Of a stretch of DNA of 64,000 bases, positions 37,274 through 46,800 are shown in pieces. Location of the stretch: the IMG/VR virus record IMGVR_UViG_2767802067_000003, positions 9,633 to 73,632 of that record. One strand, written 5' to 3'. Source of the stretch: a virus. Taxonomy: Duplodnaviria > Caudoviricetes. The notes below the pieces were generated by a model. The model made no database searches and was not told the DNA's origin. It saw only the letters and a program-made list of their open reading frames with translations. Each line of letters opens with the position of its first letter. The first letter of the stretch is position 1. A program made the translations under genes and the position numbers.

Positions 37274-37765
37274 TCAGCTGTTCCCACTGAGCAGGCCCGG
37301 GCCGACGCCGAGCCAGCGGCCGACGTCGATCGTCGGCTCGGAGCGGGGCCGGCCGCTCATGGCGAAGGCGGTGTCGATGAGGCGGCGCAGTGCGTCCCGC
37401 TCGGTCTCGGGGGCGCGTACGCCGCCTCGGACGTCGGCCTGGATGGGCCGTAGCGGGTAGGCGTCGATGGTGATCCGGCCCCGGGTGTGCTTGGTCAGGT
37501 GGCGGTTGCCGATCCAGAACCAGTCTGAGCAGTCGAGCCGTGCGGTGAGAGCGGCCTGGTCGATGCGGTCGCCGAGCGGGGCGCCGCCAGTGGTCCAGGA
37601 GTACCAGATCCTGGCGCCGCCGTCGGGACGGCGGAAGGCGATCCACAGGAACGTCTCGGGTTCGAAGTCGGCGGCGATGCCCTCGGTGACGGCCTTCTCC
37701 ACGGGGGTTGGGTCATTGCTGGCGCTCAGAGCGACCGGGAGGCGGGTCAGGGTGTCGGTGGTCAT
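37274..37765 (-). CDS. Hypothetical protein
   Basis: 163 aa, GGAG RBS, downstream of the nuclease-like gene. Confidence 0.65.
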   Translation of the reverse strand: MTTDTLTRLPVALSASNDPTPVEKAVTEGIAADFEPETFLWIAFRRPDGGARIWYSWTTGGAPLGDRIDQAALTARLDCSDWFWIGNRHLTKHTRGRITIDAYPLRPIQADVRGGVRAPETERDALRRLIDTAFAMSGRPRSEPTIDVGRWLGVGPGLLSGNS

Positions 37766-37780
37766 GGCGGTCTCCGGGGT

Positions 37781-38755
37781 CTACAGCTCGACCAGGACGA
37801 TGCCGGCGGCGTTTTGGGTGATGTCCGTGGGCGGGTCGCCGTCCAGGCAGGCCTGGACGTATTCGGGCAGTTGCGGGCGCAAGCCGCGCTGTATGTGCCG
37901 TACGAATTCGCTGCTGAAGTAGTTCCGGATCCGAGGCCCCAGGGTTTGCATTCGGTGTGGGCCGTCATAAATGAAGTCGGGCTCATGGCCGCGATAACTG
38001 CCGAGCATGTTGAACATCGTCCTGGCGATGCGCGGGGCGCCGATTTGGTCGACTTCCAGGAATGGCCGAAGTTCCTTACGAATTCCGGACAGTGCCAGTT
38101 CGGTGAAGGGGGTTTCCGGCGCGTTTGGGTTGGAGAGGTCGACGATCGGGGTGGCCTGGTGGAAGACGCTCACCGCGTCGGGGCCGCCCGGCAGGTGCCG
38201 AAGCCGGGTGGCGGCGATCGCTTCGTCCTTGGTCTCGTCGCGGACGGGCAGCGCGGGCAGGAGGGTCACGCCTGCGCCTTCCCGCAGGTGACAGGCGGTG
38301 TCACGGTGCCTGCTCGGGCAATTCATGGCCGACCGGTAGTCCACATCCCCGGCGTACAGCATGAGGCCGGCGGGCAAGCCCAGACGGTCGGCACTGCGTA
38401 GCAGGAGGGTCAGCTGCTGCTCCAGCTTCAGAGGGGCGTCAGAGCCGACTTTCCATTTCCGCCCGATCCGCTTGAGGCTTTTCGCCTGAATCAGGCAGCC
38501 GAAGGACTGGCCGGAACGGTCAACCCACCACCACATGTAGTCGGCTCCGGTGCGCTTTTCCTGCGGACGGTTGAATTTTGCATAGCGGACCTCTGGAAAC
38601 ATTTTCTCGCACAGCTCGTGCGTGATATGCTCCTCTTCCCAAATGGCATATCCATGGTTGATCTGAGTGGCCATTTTCTGCTCTGCATGCCGAGTCCCGC
38701 GCGTGAATGCGACGTGGGCGGGCGGGATGTAGTCGGCACGCTCGGCAAGGCTCAT
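37781..38755 (-). CDS. PD-(D/E)xK nuclease-like protein (DUF6615-like), lower GC
   Basis: EEEHIT...QEKRTGADYMWWW...LIQAKSL. Confidence 0.7.
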   Translation of the reverse strand: MSLAERADYIPPAHVAFTRGTRHAEQKMATQINHGYAIWEEEHITHELCEKMFPEVRYAKFNRPQEKRTGADYMWWWVDRSGQSFGCLIQAKSLKRIGRKWKVGSDAPLKLEQQLTLLLRSADRLGLPAGLMLYAGDVDYRSAMNCPSRHRDTACHLREGAGVTLLPALPVRDETKDEAIAATRLRHLPGGPDAVSVFHQATPIVDLSNPNAPETPFTELALSGIRKELRPFLEVDQIGAPRIARTMFNMLGSYRGHEPDFIYDGPHRMQTLGPRIRNYFSSEFVRHIQRGLRPQLPEYVQACLDGDPPTDITQNAAGIVLVEL

Positions 38756-39265
38756 GGGCGCATCTCCCGGGAGGCGAGGGGCATCGTGCAGTCCATCATC
38801 TCGCACGGCACTGACGCCGCGTCAGCGCCAGTCGGCCGCCGCTCGCTGGTGGACGCGCCGCCGACAGACGATCAGTGGCCGCTGGTCCTGCGGGTCGCCT
38901 GGGGCCGCCTGGACCACCGGGGCCGGACGAAGGAGCGGGGCGTCGGCGTCATCTTGGCCTGTGGCTCCTCGGCACTGTGGGGCGATCTCGACAACTCGCT
39001 GTCGGGAAAGCCGTGTTCGCGCTGCGCCCAGCGAATCGAGCGGGACAACAGCGCTGCGATCACTGCGCCCGCCGCGCTGCTCGCCGCACTTGATCGGAAG
39101 GCGCCGGCCGGTCAACTGTCACTCCTGCCCGCGGCCGCGCTGCTTGATCTTGTGCGCGCCAGTCGGATAGCGCCTCGGCGGCCGACCGCGCTCGCGCGCC
39201 GGTCGGCTGTCCGCTGACGCCCGCTCAACCGCCCTTCGAGGCCCCGCACAGCGCGTTAACGATGG

Positions 39266-39299
39266 TTAGCCTCGTATATCTGGCAATATACGAGGCAAC
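39266..39299. other. loxP-like recombination site (13-8-13)
   Basis: TTAGCCTCGTATA-TCTGGCAA-TATACGAGGCAAC; arms are inverted repeats (11/13); 10/13 and 9/13 identical to the loxP arms. Confidence 0.8.
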
Positions 39300-39350
39300 C
39301 GCTGTGAGAGGGCTTCCCTCGCAAGCACCGTTTTCCGGCAGGAGGCCATC

Positions 39351-39707
39351 GTGGCGACGTCGACCGAACCCGGGACGCCGCTCGGGCGCCTGCTGGACGA
39401 GCTGGCCGGCTTCGTCCGGGCCCGGGTCGCCGAGCGTACCGCGGACCCCGAGCGGCCGGCCCCCGAACGCGAGCACTTCACCCACCTGCTCCCGCGGCTC
39501 GACCAGGTCCTCGCCCACGCCCACGACAGGGGCGCGCTCCAGCAGCTCCACGCCCTGCGCCTGTTCCGGGAGATGTCGCTGCTCTGGTACGGCCACGACG
39601 AGCACCCCGACAACCCGTGGCTCGAACAGCTCGCCACCACCGACCCCGAGGCCGCGCTGCGCCAGCTGCGGGACGTCCAGGACCGGGTCGACCGCATGAC
39701 AGACTGA
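39351..39707 (+). CDS. Hypothetical protein (DUF6221-like)
   Basis: LDELAGFVRARVAE...LWYGHDEHPD. Confidence 0.6.
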   Translation: MATSTEPGTPLGRLLDELAGFVRARVAERTADPERPAPEREHFTHLLPRLDQVLAHAHDRGALQQLHALRLFREMSLLWYGHDEHPDNPWLEQLATTDPEAALRQLRDVQDRVDRMTD

Positions 39708-39763
39708 TCACCAACATCGCTCTCGCGCACCGCAGTTGAGCCGACCGAACAGGAATCCAGCCC

Positions 39764-40534
39764 GTGCCGTCCGAACCGTCCGGCCGCCCCGCCGCCGCCG
39801 CCGCCGACCAGCTTCACGCCTTCGTCGGCTTCGTGCGCTCCCGGCTGCACGAGGAGCTGGCCGCCCCCGGTCTGCACCACTCCACCCGGCGCGCCCTGCA
39901 GCGCCGGCTGGCCCTGGTTGGCGAGATCGCGGACCAGGCCGACGGCACGGCCCCGGCCTCCCTGATGGGCCGGGCGGCGAACGGCGTCGAACTGGTCGAC
40001 CTCGCCCAGCGCTGGCGCGACCACCCCGACTACCCCGGCACCCGCACCACCCCGGAGGCGGCCGCGCCCGGCCGGGAGCTGCCCGCCGCGGTGACCCACA
40101 TCTACGAACGCGGCATCACCGCGGATCTGCTGTCCGAGGTCGGCGGCTACCCGGGCCTGCACGAGGAGGCCCGGACCGAGCTCGCCGACAACCACCCCTG
40201 CCGCCGTGCCGAACCCACCGCGCCCGTGCCGGTCACCGTCACCTCCGACGGCACCGGTTTCCTCACCGTCCGCGCCGAGATCCGCTGCACCGACCGGGCC
40301 TGCCGGATCGAGGCCGCCGCCGTCGCCCGCTACGAACCGCTGCTGGCCGCCTACGAGGTGGCGCGGGAGTCGCTGCGCGGCGCCGACCTGCTGCTGCAGC
40401 AGCCCAACCTGGTCACCACCCCGGACCCGGAGCAGCTCCGGCGGCAGTGGGCCCGGCGGGAGAAGGCCATCCGCGAGACGCTGCGCACCGTGATCGACAC
40501 GCTCGCCCCGCACGCCGCCCCCGCCGCCGAGTGA
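39764..40534 (+). CDS. Hypothetical protein (DUF6221-like)
   Basis: FVGFVRSRLHEE...LAQRWRDHPDY. Confidence 0.6.
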   Translation: MPSEPSGRPAAAAADQLHAFVGFVRSRLHEELAAPGLHHSTRRALQRRLALVGEIADQADGTAPASLMGRAANGVELVDLAQRWRDHPDYPGTRTTPEAAAPGRELPAAVTHIYERGITADLLSEVGGYPGLHEEARTELADNHPCRRAEPTAPVPVTVTSDGTGFLTVRAEIRCTDRACRIEAAAVARYEPLLAAYEVARESLRGADLLLQQPNLVTTPDPEQLRRQWARREKAIRETLRTVIDTLAPHAAPAAE

Positions 40535-40626
40535 ACCCGACCCCGGCCAACGGGCCCGCCGGACGCACCCCGCCAGCCGCCTTCGTGCTGTTCCCGTTCC
40601 GCTCACACCCCGTCAAGGAGACCCGG

Positions 40627-40953
40627 ATGACGTACGACGACCCCGAGGACCGCGCCGAAGCCGAGGCCCAGACCAGGCAGCGGCAGGCCGCCGACCTGGA
40701 GCACATCGCGGCCTACTACAGGCTGGAGCGCCGCCTGGGCATCACGGTCGCGCTCGGCGGCCGGGTCCGCCACGACGGCCGCGAAGGCGTCATCGTGGAC
40801 ACCGCCGGCCAGCGGCTCAAGGTCATGTTCTACGGCGACCAGCAGGCCAGCATCTGCCACGCCACCTCGCAGATGGAGTACGAGACGGCTACCGGCTGGA
40901 TCACCGCCACCCCCGTCCCGGACCCGTGGGCCGCCGGCCCGGCCGCCGCATGA
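40627..40953 (+). CDS. Hypothetical protein with SH3/KOW-like core
   Basis: AAGGAG RBS; GGRVRHDGREGVIVDTAGQRLKV. Confidence 0.65.
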   Translation: MTYDDPEDRAEAEAQTRQRQAADLEHIAAYYRLERRLGITVALGGRVRHDGREGVIVDTAGQRLKVMFYGDQQASICHATSQMEYETATGWITATPVPDPWAAGPAAA

Positions 40954-41510
40954 GCGTGACGGACAACGAGTCCGCCGCCGCCCGCGCGTTCTGGGCCGAG
41001 GGCGAGCAGGTGGTCCCGGCACTGAGAATCCGTCCACCCGAGAACGCCACCGAGCAGGCCCTGCTCGGCTGGATGAACATGCACATCACCATGGAACGCG
41101 AGGCGAACCGGCCAATCAGCGGCTGGGCGTACCGGTCCGTGTTCGAGCTCGTCCTCGAACACGGACGCTGGTTCAACCCGGTCAGCCTCCCTGCAGCCAT
41201 CCCGCGTGGCCCGGAGAGGGAGTGTTTTCACAACGCGGCCGCCATCGAGCGGGCGCACCCGCACCTGCGCTACGTCGAGGGCTTCGCGATCGTTACCGGC
41301 AGCCCGGTGGCTACCGCCCACGCCTGGTGCACCGACGGCGACGGCAACGCGATCGATCCCACGTGGACTGAACTCGGCGAGGACACAGCGTACTTCGGCA
41401 TCCCGTTGGCCCCGACGCTGCGCCCGAACCCCCGGTTCAGCAGCGGCGTCCTCGAACGCCCCGAGACCCTGTACCCGCTGCTGCAAGACGGGCTGACGGC
41501 CAGCACCTGA
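40950..41510 (+). CDS. Papain/transglutaminase-like Cys-His-Asp protein, paralog 1
   Basis: ECFHNA...YVEGFA...HAWCTD..G.AIDPTW. Confidence 0.7.
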   Translation: MSVTDNESAAARAFWAEGEQVVPALRIRPPENATEQALLGWMNMHITMEREANRPISGWAYRSVFELVLEHGRWFNPVSLPAAIPRGPERECFHNAAAIERAHPHLRYVEGFAIVTGSPVATAHAWCTDGDGNAIDPTWTELGEDTAYFGIPLAPTLRPNPRFSSGVLERPETLYPLLQDGLTAST

Positions 41511-41536
41511 ACAGCACCGACCAGAGAGGCACTTCC

Positions 41537-42640
41537 ATGGAGCAGTACCCGCACGATCACGCCGAAGAACTGGAGCGCGCCGGGTACCGTGACCGGATCC
41601 ACCGGCTTCACCAGGTCATCGCCGCGCGCGTGAGCGACCACCGCGTGGCCGGCGAGGCCGTCGACGCGGTGGTCGCCCGCCTGGCGGCCCGTTCCGTGGA
41701 GAACCTGCTGAGCGAGGCCACGCTTCTCGGCGAGGGCGCTGCGGCGGACGGCTTCACCGAGACGGTGGCGCTCCACCAGCTGGAGACTCTCCTCGACCGG
41801 GCTGCCCGGCGCGCGTGGCCCACCGAGGCAGCGCCGTTGGACGACATCGCCCGCCTGCGCAAGGACACCAACGTGCAGGTGGCCGCGCTGCTCGCCGGTC
41901 GGCAGCCCGGGCCGTCGGCCGTGCGAGTCCGCGACCAGGTCAACGAGCTGGCCGGCTTCATCAACCGCCGCGCCCAGGAACCGGTCCACAACACCGCCGA
42001 AGGCCTGCACTCGGGCCTCGGCCAGATCCTGCGCACCACCTCCTACGCCCACGGAGCCGTGGACACGGCACTTGCCGCTGGCCGCCTGGACTTGGCCGCC
42101 AAGCAGTTGCGCCACCTGGTCCAGCAAGCACAGAAGTGGGCCGATCAGGCGGAGTACCCGTCCGCTCTGGTGGCTGACCTTCTGCGGACCGCGGAAGCGG
42201 CCGATCCACACAACGAACCCGCGCCCGGCCCGGTCGTTCCGGAAGCAAGGACCGCCCAGCGGGCCGTAGCGGGCAGTCCCGCGAAGAAGATCACGCTCGC
42301 TCAGGCTGAGCGCCTCTTCCGCGCGATGGGTCTGGCCATCGGCAGCGACGGCCAGGAGGGCTTCACCTTCCGGGCCCGCGGCGGCCGCGACGGCTCGCGG
42401 GCAGTCAAGTCCTCCCACCAGATCGAGGTGCGGTACCGCCTCGCCGGGGGCTACACCCTCATGGGCAACGACCTCGACGGCCTCCCCGAGGTGATCGAGC
42501 ACTACCGGTGGGCCGTCGAGAAGGCCCCTCAGCACGGCTACACCGTGACCTGGAGGCCAGCCAACGTCTGGATGGAAGTCACCCGCACTCCGGTTGCCCC
42601 CGAGACGCCCGCCGACCGACCGCAGGAGGCCGCATCGTGA
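41537..42640 (+). CDS. Hypothetical protein (367 aa)
   Basis: GAGG RBS, GC3-rich. Confidence 0.7.
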   Translation: MEQYPHDHAEELERAGYRDRIHRLHQVIAARVSDHRVAGEAVDAVVARLAARSVENLLSEATLLGEGAAADGFTETVALHQLETLLDRAARRAWPTEAAPLDDIARLRKDTNVQVAALLAGRQPGPSAVRVRDQVNELAGFINRRAQEPVHNTAEGLHSGLGQILRTTSYAHGAVDTALAAGRLDLAAKQLRHLVQQAQKWADQAEYPSALVADLLRTAEAADPHNEPAPGPVVPEARTAQRAVAGSPAKKITLAQAERLFRAMGLAIGSDGQEGFTFRARGGRDGSRAVKSSHQIEVRYRLAGGYTLMGNDLDGLPEVIEHYRWAVEKAPQHGYTVTWRPANVWMEVTRTPVAPETPADRPQEAAS

Positions 42641-43203
42641 CCGGCGCCGCCGACGAAGCCGAGCAGAAGCTGCGGCACTGGGTGGACACGTACGCCCAAC
42701 TCCACTCCGGTGACGAGAGCTGGCGCTTCCGTAGTTTTGCCGCGCTCGTTGCCGCCTTCGGAGTCCTCTACCACCCTGCCCCCTGGCCGGCGGATCAGCC
42801 CCGGGGGCGGCTGGGCCGCTGCTTCGAGGAGGCCAGCAAGTACGCCGACGCCACCGGCGCCACGTACGTCGAGGGGTTCGTCCTGGTCCCGGACGCCCCG
42901 CTGATGTTCCCGGTCTTCGAACACGCCTGGTGTCTGACACCTCAGGGCACCGTGGCCGACACGACCATCCCCGATGGCGGCGCCGTCCTCTACCTCGGCC
43001 TGCCGCTGCACGCCGCGTTCCGCCGCACCGCCCAGGCCCGGCGACGGACCTGGGCGGTGCTCACCTACGACACGGACAATCTCCTAGCCGGCGTCAACGA
43101 CGTAGTCCTGAAAGCTGGCCTGCCACCGGGCGCACTGGCCCTTCCGAACACACCTTCACCGCCCCCTGGTGGGCCTGGCCCCGTCGTACAGGAGGTTCCG
43201 TGA
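42637..43203 (+). CDS. Papain/transglutaminase-like Cys-His-Asp protein, paralog 2
   Basis: RCFEEA...YVEGFV...EHAWCL...VADTT..YLGLPL. Confidence 0.7.
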   Translation: MTGAADEAEQKLRHWVDTYAQLHSGDESWRFRSFAALVAAFGVLYHPAPWPADQPRGRLGRCFEEASKYADATGATYVEGFVLVPDAPLMFPVFEHAWCLTPQGTVADTTIPDGGAVLYLGLPLHAAFRRTAQARRRTWAVLTYDTDNLLAGVNDVVLKAGLPPGALALPNTPSPPPGGPGPVVQEVP

Positions 43204-44543
43204 CCACCCTCGATCAGTCAACTCCCGCCGAGGTCGTCGACGCCGAACTGCTGGACGACGACGAGCAAGCCCTTCCCGCAGTACGCGAGCCCCTGGGCTT
43301 GGACCTCAGCGACTTCACCCGGGACACCGTGCTGGTCGCCGGGCGGCCGATCCCGGCCGCCTTCGTCGCGCCGCAGTACTCCGCCGCGGACTACGTCATC
43401 TCCGAGGACGTCGCCGAGCTGATCGAGGCGGCCCGGCCGGAGAACACCGAACGCAACCGGCGCAGCCAGATCGGCCTGTTCCAGCGCTGGTGCGACGACC
43501 GCGGCCGGGTCGCCCTGCCGTGCACCACCGCGACGCTGATCGAGTACATCGGCGGTCTCATCCAGCGCGGCCTCGACCCGGACACCATCGCGGCCCACAA
43601 GAGCACGGTCGTCACCTGGCAGGAGGAGGAGACCCCGGGCAACACCCGGCCCGGAACCCGGCAGGTCTCTGCGATGATCGCGGCGTACCGGGCCAGGTGG
43701 AGCCGCACCAAGACCGACAAGCAGTCACCGGCGATCCGCGAGGTCGACCTGGAGCTGATGGTCGCGGTCTGCGACGAATCCGGTCGGCCTGCCGACCTGC
43801 GCGACGCGGCCATCGCCTGCCTGGGCTTCCACCTGCTCACCCGTCGGATCGAGTTGGCCAGCCTGCTCGTCACCCACGTCACGCTGGAGCGCGATGGCAT
43901 GCACGTGCGGCTGGTGGACCGCAAGACCCACAAGGACGGCACGGTCTTCGAGGCTTGGATCCCGGCCCGGGACGACGCCCCCCATATCTGCCCCGTCCGC
44001 CGGGTGCGGGCCTGGCTGGAGTACGGCCGCCTGATCCACCAGCCGCAGGACCAGGCGCTCTTCCGGGCGTTGGACAAGGCCGGCCGCCTGGCCGTGCGCC
44101 TCACCCCGCAGACCCGACCCAAGCACCCCGACGGCACCGACAAGCAGGACCGCGAGCTCACCGCAGAGGACTGGACGCGGCTGTCGATGCTCTCCGGCGA
44201 GGCCATCAACAAGTTCGTCAAGGCCCTCGCCAGGAAGGCGTACGCCAAGATCGCACACCTCACCGAGGAGCAGCGCGTCGGGCTCGGCCACAACGCGCTG
44301 CTCAACGAACAGACCGCCTCCTCCGTCACCTCGCACGGCCTGCGGGCCGGCGGGGCAACCGAGCTGTACGAGTCGGACGTGCCGGAGGACGTTATCGCGA
44401 TGCTCGGTGACTGGGCCAAGGGGTCCGCGGCGATGAAGCGCTACTTCCGGAAGATCCGGACCAGCGGTGAGAACGCCTGGGCGGTCGCCCGGCAGGCCCG
44501 GGAGAGGATGCGGCTCGCGGCGAGCCAGACGGTCGTCGCGTAG
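43200..44543 (+). CDS. Cre-like tyrosine recombinase
   Basis: Cre-type N-domain (FQRWC...ALP.....IEYI..L.QRGL.PDTI); catalytic R (LLTRRIEL), K (RKTHK), HGLR, W (LGDW), Y (MKRYFR). Confidence 0.92.
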   Translation: MTTLDQSTPAEVVDAELLDDDEQALPAVREPLGLDLSDFTRDTVLVAGRPIPAAFVAPQYSAADYVISEDVAELIEAARPENTERNRRSQIGLFQRWCDDRGRVALPCTTATLIEYIGGLIQRGLDPDTIAAHKSTVVTWQEEETPGNTRPGTRQVSAMIAAYRARWSRTKTDKQSPAIREVDLELMVAVCDESGRPADLRDAAIACLGFHLLTRRIELASLLVTHVTLERDGMHVRLVDRKTHKDGTVFEAWIPARDDAPHICPVRRVRAWLEYGRLIHQPQDQALFRALDKAGRLAVRLTPQTRPKHPDGTDKQDRELTAEDWTRLSMLSGEAINKFVKALARKAYAKIAHLTEEQRVGLGHNALLNEQTASSVTSHGLRAGGATELYESDVPEDVIAMLGDWAKGSAAMKRYFRKIRTSGENAWAVARQARERMRLAASQTVVA

Positions 44544-44661
44544 GCGGTTACCGCTCGGGCAGATCAGCCCATGGCACCCGCCGGGCCGCCCGGGGCCACG
44601 CGGTTGCCGCTCCCGGCCCGCCCGAAAAATGGCCAGCGGATGCGGATGGTCGTGGGAGAAG

Positions 44662-44952
44662 ATGCTCGACATGTCGAACGCGTGGACCGCCCCCGACACC
44701 GGCTGGTACCGACTCGCCCCTGGAAAGGTGCCGGAGTATCTGGGCAAGCAGCTTCCTGATCCCGCAGCACAAGGCCAGTGGACGGTCGTTCCGCTGAACG
44801 CCTCGCCTCTGGCCGGGCCCCGCCCGGTCACCATGATCGGCGAAACGACGGCGAGCGTCATGCACTTCCAGCGCGGCGATATGACCATGAACAGCGGCGG
44901 AACGCTGCGGGGGACGCCAGCGCCCGCGCTCACGGTCCCATGGCGGCCATGA
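44662..44952 (+). CDS. Hypothetical protein
   Basis: GGAG RBS; MSNAWTAPDTGWYRL... Confidence 0.45.
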   Translation: MLDMSNAWTAPDTGWYRLAPGKVPEYLGKQLPDPAAQGQWTVVPLNASPLAGPRPVTMIGETTASVMHFQRGDMTMNSGGTLRGTPAPALTVPWRP

Positions 44953-45063
44953 TGCGACCCCAGAGCTGACCGCCGCGAGACCTCACCCGTCTCCGACGCA
45001 CGATCCGGCGGAGTTCTGCCCGGGCGCTCACAGCGAACGCTCCGCTGCCCGTACGCTCTTCCC

Positions 45064-46002
45064 ATGAGCGGCGGTGAGGCCTTCGACCACTTGAACGACG
45101 TCCTGCGGGTCGCTCTCGCGGACCGTGACATCCACACCAGCGAGAAGCGAGGCGAGCGCCTCAGGGTGACCGTGGCCACCGTCGAGCGTGGCCTGACGTT
45201 CCTGGCCCGTCCCCTGCTACGGGTTCCCGGTGCCCTGCTGGACGAGCAGGTCGTCGGGTACCACGAGTGGCCGCTGACCCTGCTCGGGCACATCGCCGCC
45301 GGGCAGTGCCGGGCGAAACCGCCCTACAACCGCCTGAAGCCCTCCAGCGTCCGGTACATCATGGACGGCCTGGCGGACCTGAACAGGGCAGCCGGGAACC
45401 GCCCGTACTGGTGGGAGGCCAAGGGCATGCGGCCGTGGGCCGGCCACACCAAGAACCCGGTCGCTCCGCTGGAGCACGTCGTCCTGCGCCGCGAGTTGAG
45501 CGAGCCCGGCCCCCAGCGCTGGGAGCCGTACCGGCTGCGCCTGCTCGCCGCCGTCGAGTTGCTGTGGGACACCGGGACGACGCCCAGCGGCCTGGTCGCC
45601 GCCAACGTGGACGACTTGTCCGCTGACTTCTCGCGCATTCGACTCGCGTGGACCGCGCCAGGGCGGCACACCGAGCGGGTGGAGCAGGAGTGCCTGCTGC
45701 ACCCGAACACGACGGCCGCGTTGAAGATGTGGCTTCCGGTGCGAGACCAGGTCGTACAGGACACGCTTCGCCAGGGCCTGGAGGGCTCCCGGGCGCTGTT
45801 CATCACCCTGCGGCACACTACGGGCGCGCAGAAGGACGGATCGCCTCGGCAGGTCCCGCCCGGCGTCAGGATCCTGCGCACCGGCCTGGACACCGCTTGG
45901 CTGTCGTGGATCCGGAGAGCGAACAGCCACCACGCCGGGGAAGCCGGATGGCCGATCGCCACCGACTTCTACCGGGTCGCCCGGGGAGACGGCCCTACAT
46001 AG
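45064..46002 (+). CDS. Degenerate tyrosine recombinase-fold protein lacking catalytic residues
   Basis: [27 protein letters not shown]...ALKMWL..R...ALFIT; no catalytic Arg, HxxR or Tyr; TACGCT just upstream suggests a leaderless mRNA. Confidence 0.65.
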   Translation: MSGGEAFDHLNDVLRVALADRDIHTSEKRGERLRVTVATVERGLTFLARPLLRVPGALLDEQVVGYHEWPLTLLGHIAAGQCRAKPPYNRLKPSSVRYIMDGLADLNRAAGNRPYWWEAKGMRPWAGHTKNPVAPLEHVVLRRELSEPGPQRWEPYRLRLLAAVELLWDTGTTPSGLVAANVDDLSADFSRIRLAWTAPGRHTERVEQECLLHPNTTAALKMWLPVRDQVVQDTLRQGLEGSRALFITLRHTTGAQKDGSPRQVPPGVRILRTGLDTAWLSWIRRANSHHAGEAGWPIATDFYRVARGDGPT

Positions 46003-46010
46003 CAAAATCT

Positions 46011-46040
46011 TTGACAAAGGCGGCGCGAGGCACTAAAAAT
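46011..46040 (+). promoter_or_regulatory. Near-consensus sigma70/HrdB promoter
   Basis: TTGACA-17 nt-TAAAAA(T) in an AT-rich patch. Confidence 0.65.
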
Positions 46041-46076
46041 GGGTGCCGGCCACCCGTCACTCCACGAGGACTCGAC

Positions 46077-46736
46077 ATGACGCTGCCTCTGCTCGAAACG
46101 CTGCCGACCCGAGACCCTCGCATGGTGCGCGACAACAGCCCCTACCGCCGGCTGGCCCAGGAAGTCCTCAAGGCCCACGCCGAGAAGAACACCGACCAGC
46201 TCGAAGCCCTTCTCAAGGCCTACACCCTGATGGTGCATCCCCTGCCGAGCAGCCGCACCAAGGCCGTGACCATCGTCCGCCAGGAACTCGCCGACAGTGA
46301 CACGTTCTGGAACACCCCGCCCCTGGAGCGCTACGACCTCATCCCCGCCGACGCCCGCGGAGACGGAGGCCGGTACATGACCCTGCGAGGAGTCTGCCTC
46401 CTCGACGCGCAGCGCTCCGAGTACGGACCGGACGGCAAGCGCTGGAACAACCGGACCTTCAGTGAGCGGTTCGGTGTATCGCGCGGCCGCATCGACCAGC
46501 TGCTCCAGGCCGCCAAGAAGGCCGCCGACTACGATCTGACCCTGGTCGAAAACTGCTGCTCCCCGGCGCCGGGGGACCCGATCGTCGGCTTCACCACCCG
46601 CGGCAACGACGTCTCGGTGCACCGCGCCGACTGCGTCAACGTCGAGGCACTGAGCCAGCAGCCCGAGCGGCGGATGATCGACGTCGAGTGGGCGGCCACC
46701 GAGCCCTCGGTAGTCGTGGTGGACGCCAAGAGCTGA
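46077..46736 (+). CDS. HTH protein fused to a RelA/SpoT CC (zinc-finger/RIS) domain
   Basis: [19 protein letters not shown]; [30 protein letters not shown]...[10 protein letters not shown] matches the RelA CCxPxPGDxIxGxxTRGxGxxVHRxDC motif. Confidence 0.8.
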   Translation: MTLPLLETLPTRDPRMVRDNSPYRRLAQEVLKAHAEKNTDQLEALLKAYTLMVHPLPSSRTKAVTIVRQELADSDTFWNTPPLERYDLIPADARGDGGRYMTLRGVCLLDAQRSEYGPDGKRWNNRTFSERFGVSRGRIDQLLQAAKKAADYDLTLVENCCSPAPGDPIVGFTTRGNDVSVHRADCVNVEALSQQPERRMIDVEWAATEPSVVVVDAKS

Positions 46737-46800
46737 CACCAGCCCCCGACTAACCTCTACCGCTTCCCAGTAGCTGATCCGGCTTGGGAAGGCGACAGGC

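Noticed and set aside
38849-39217. Possible small Zn-binding ORF (LACG...PCSRC)
   Set aside because: No clear RBS or start and mixed codon usage; cannot be supported
43200-44543. Recombinase as a chromosomal integrase
   Set aside because: Cre-type signature, no arm-binding domain, no att core or tRNA duplication seen; a lox-like site explains it better
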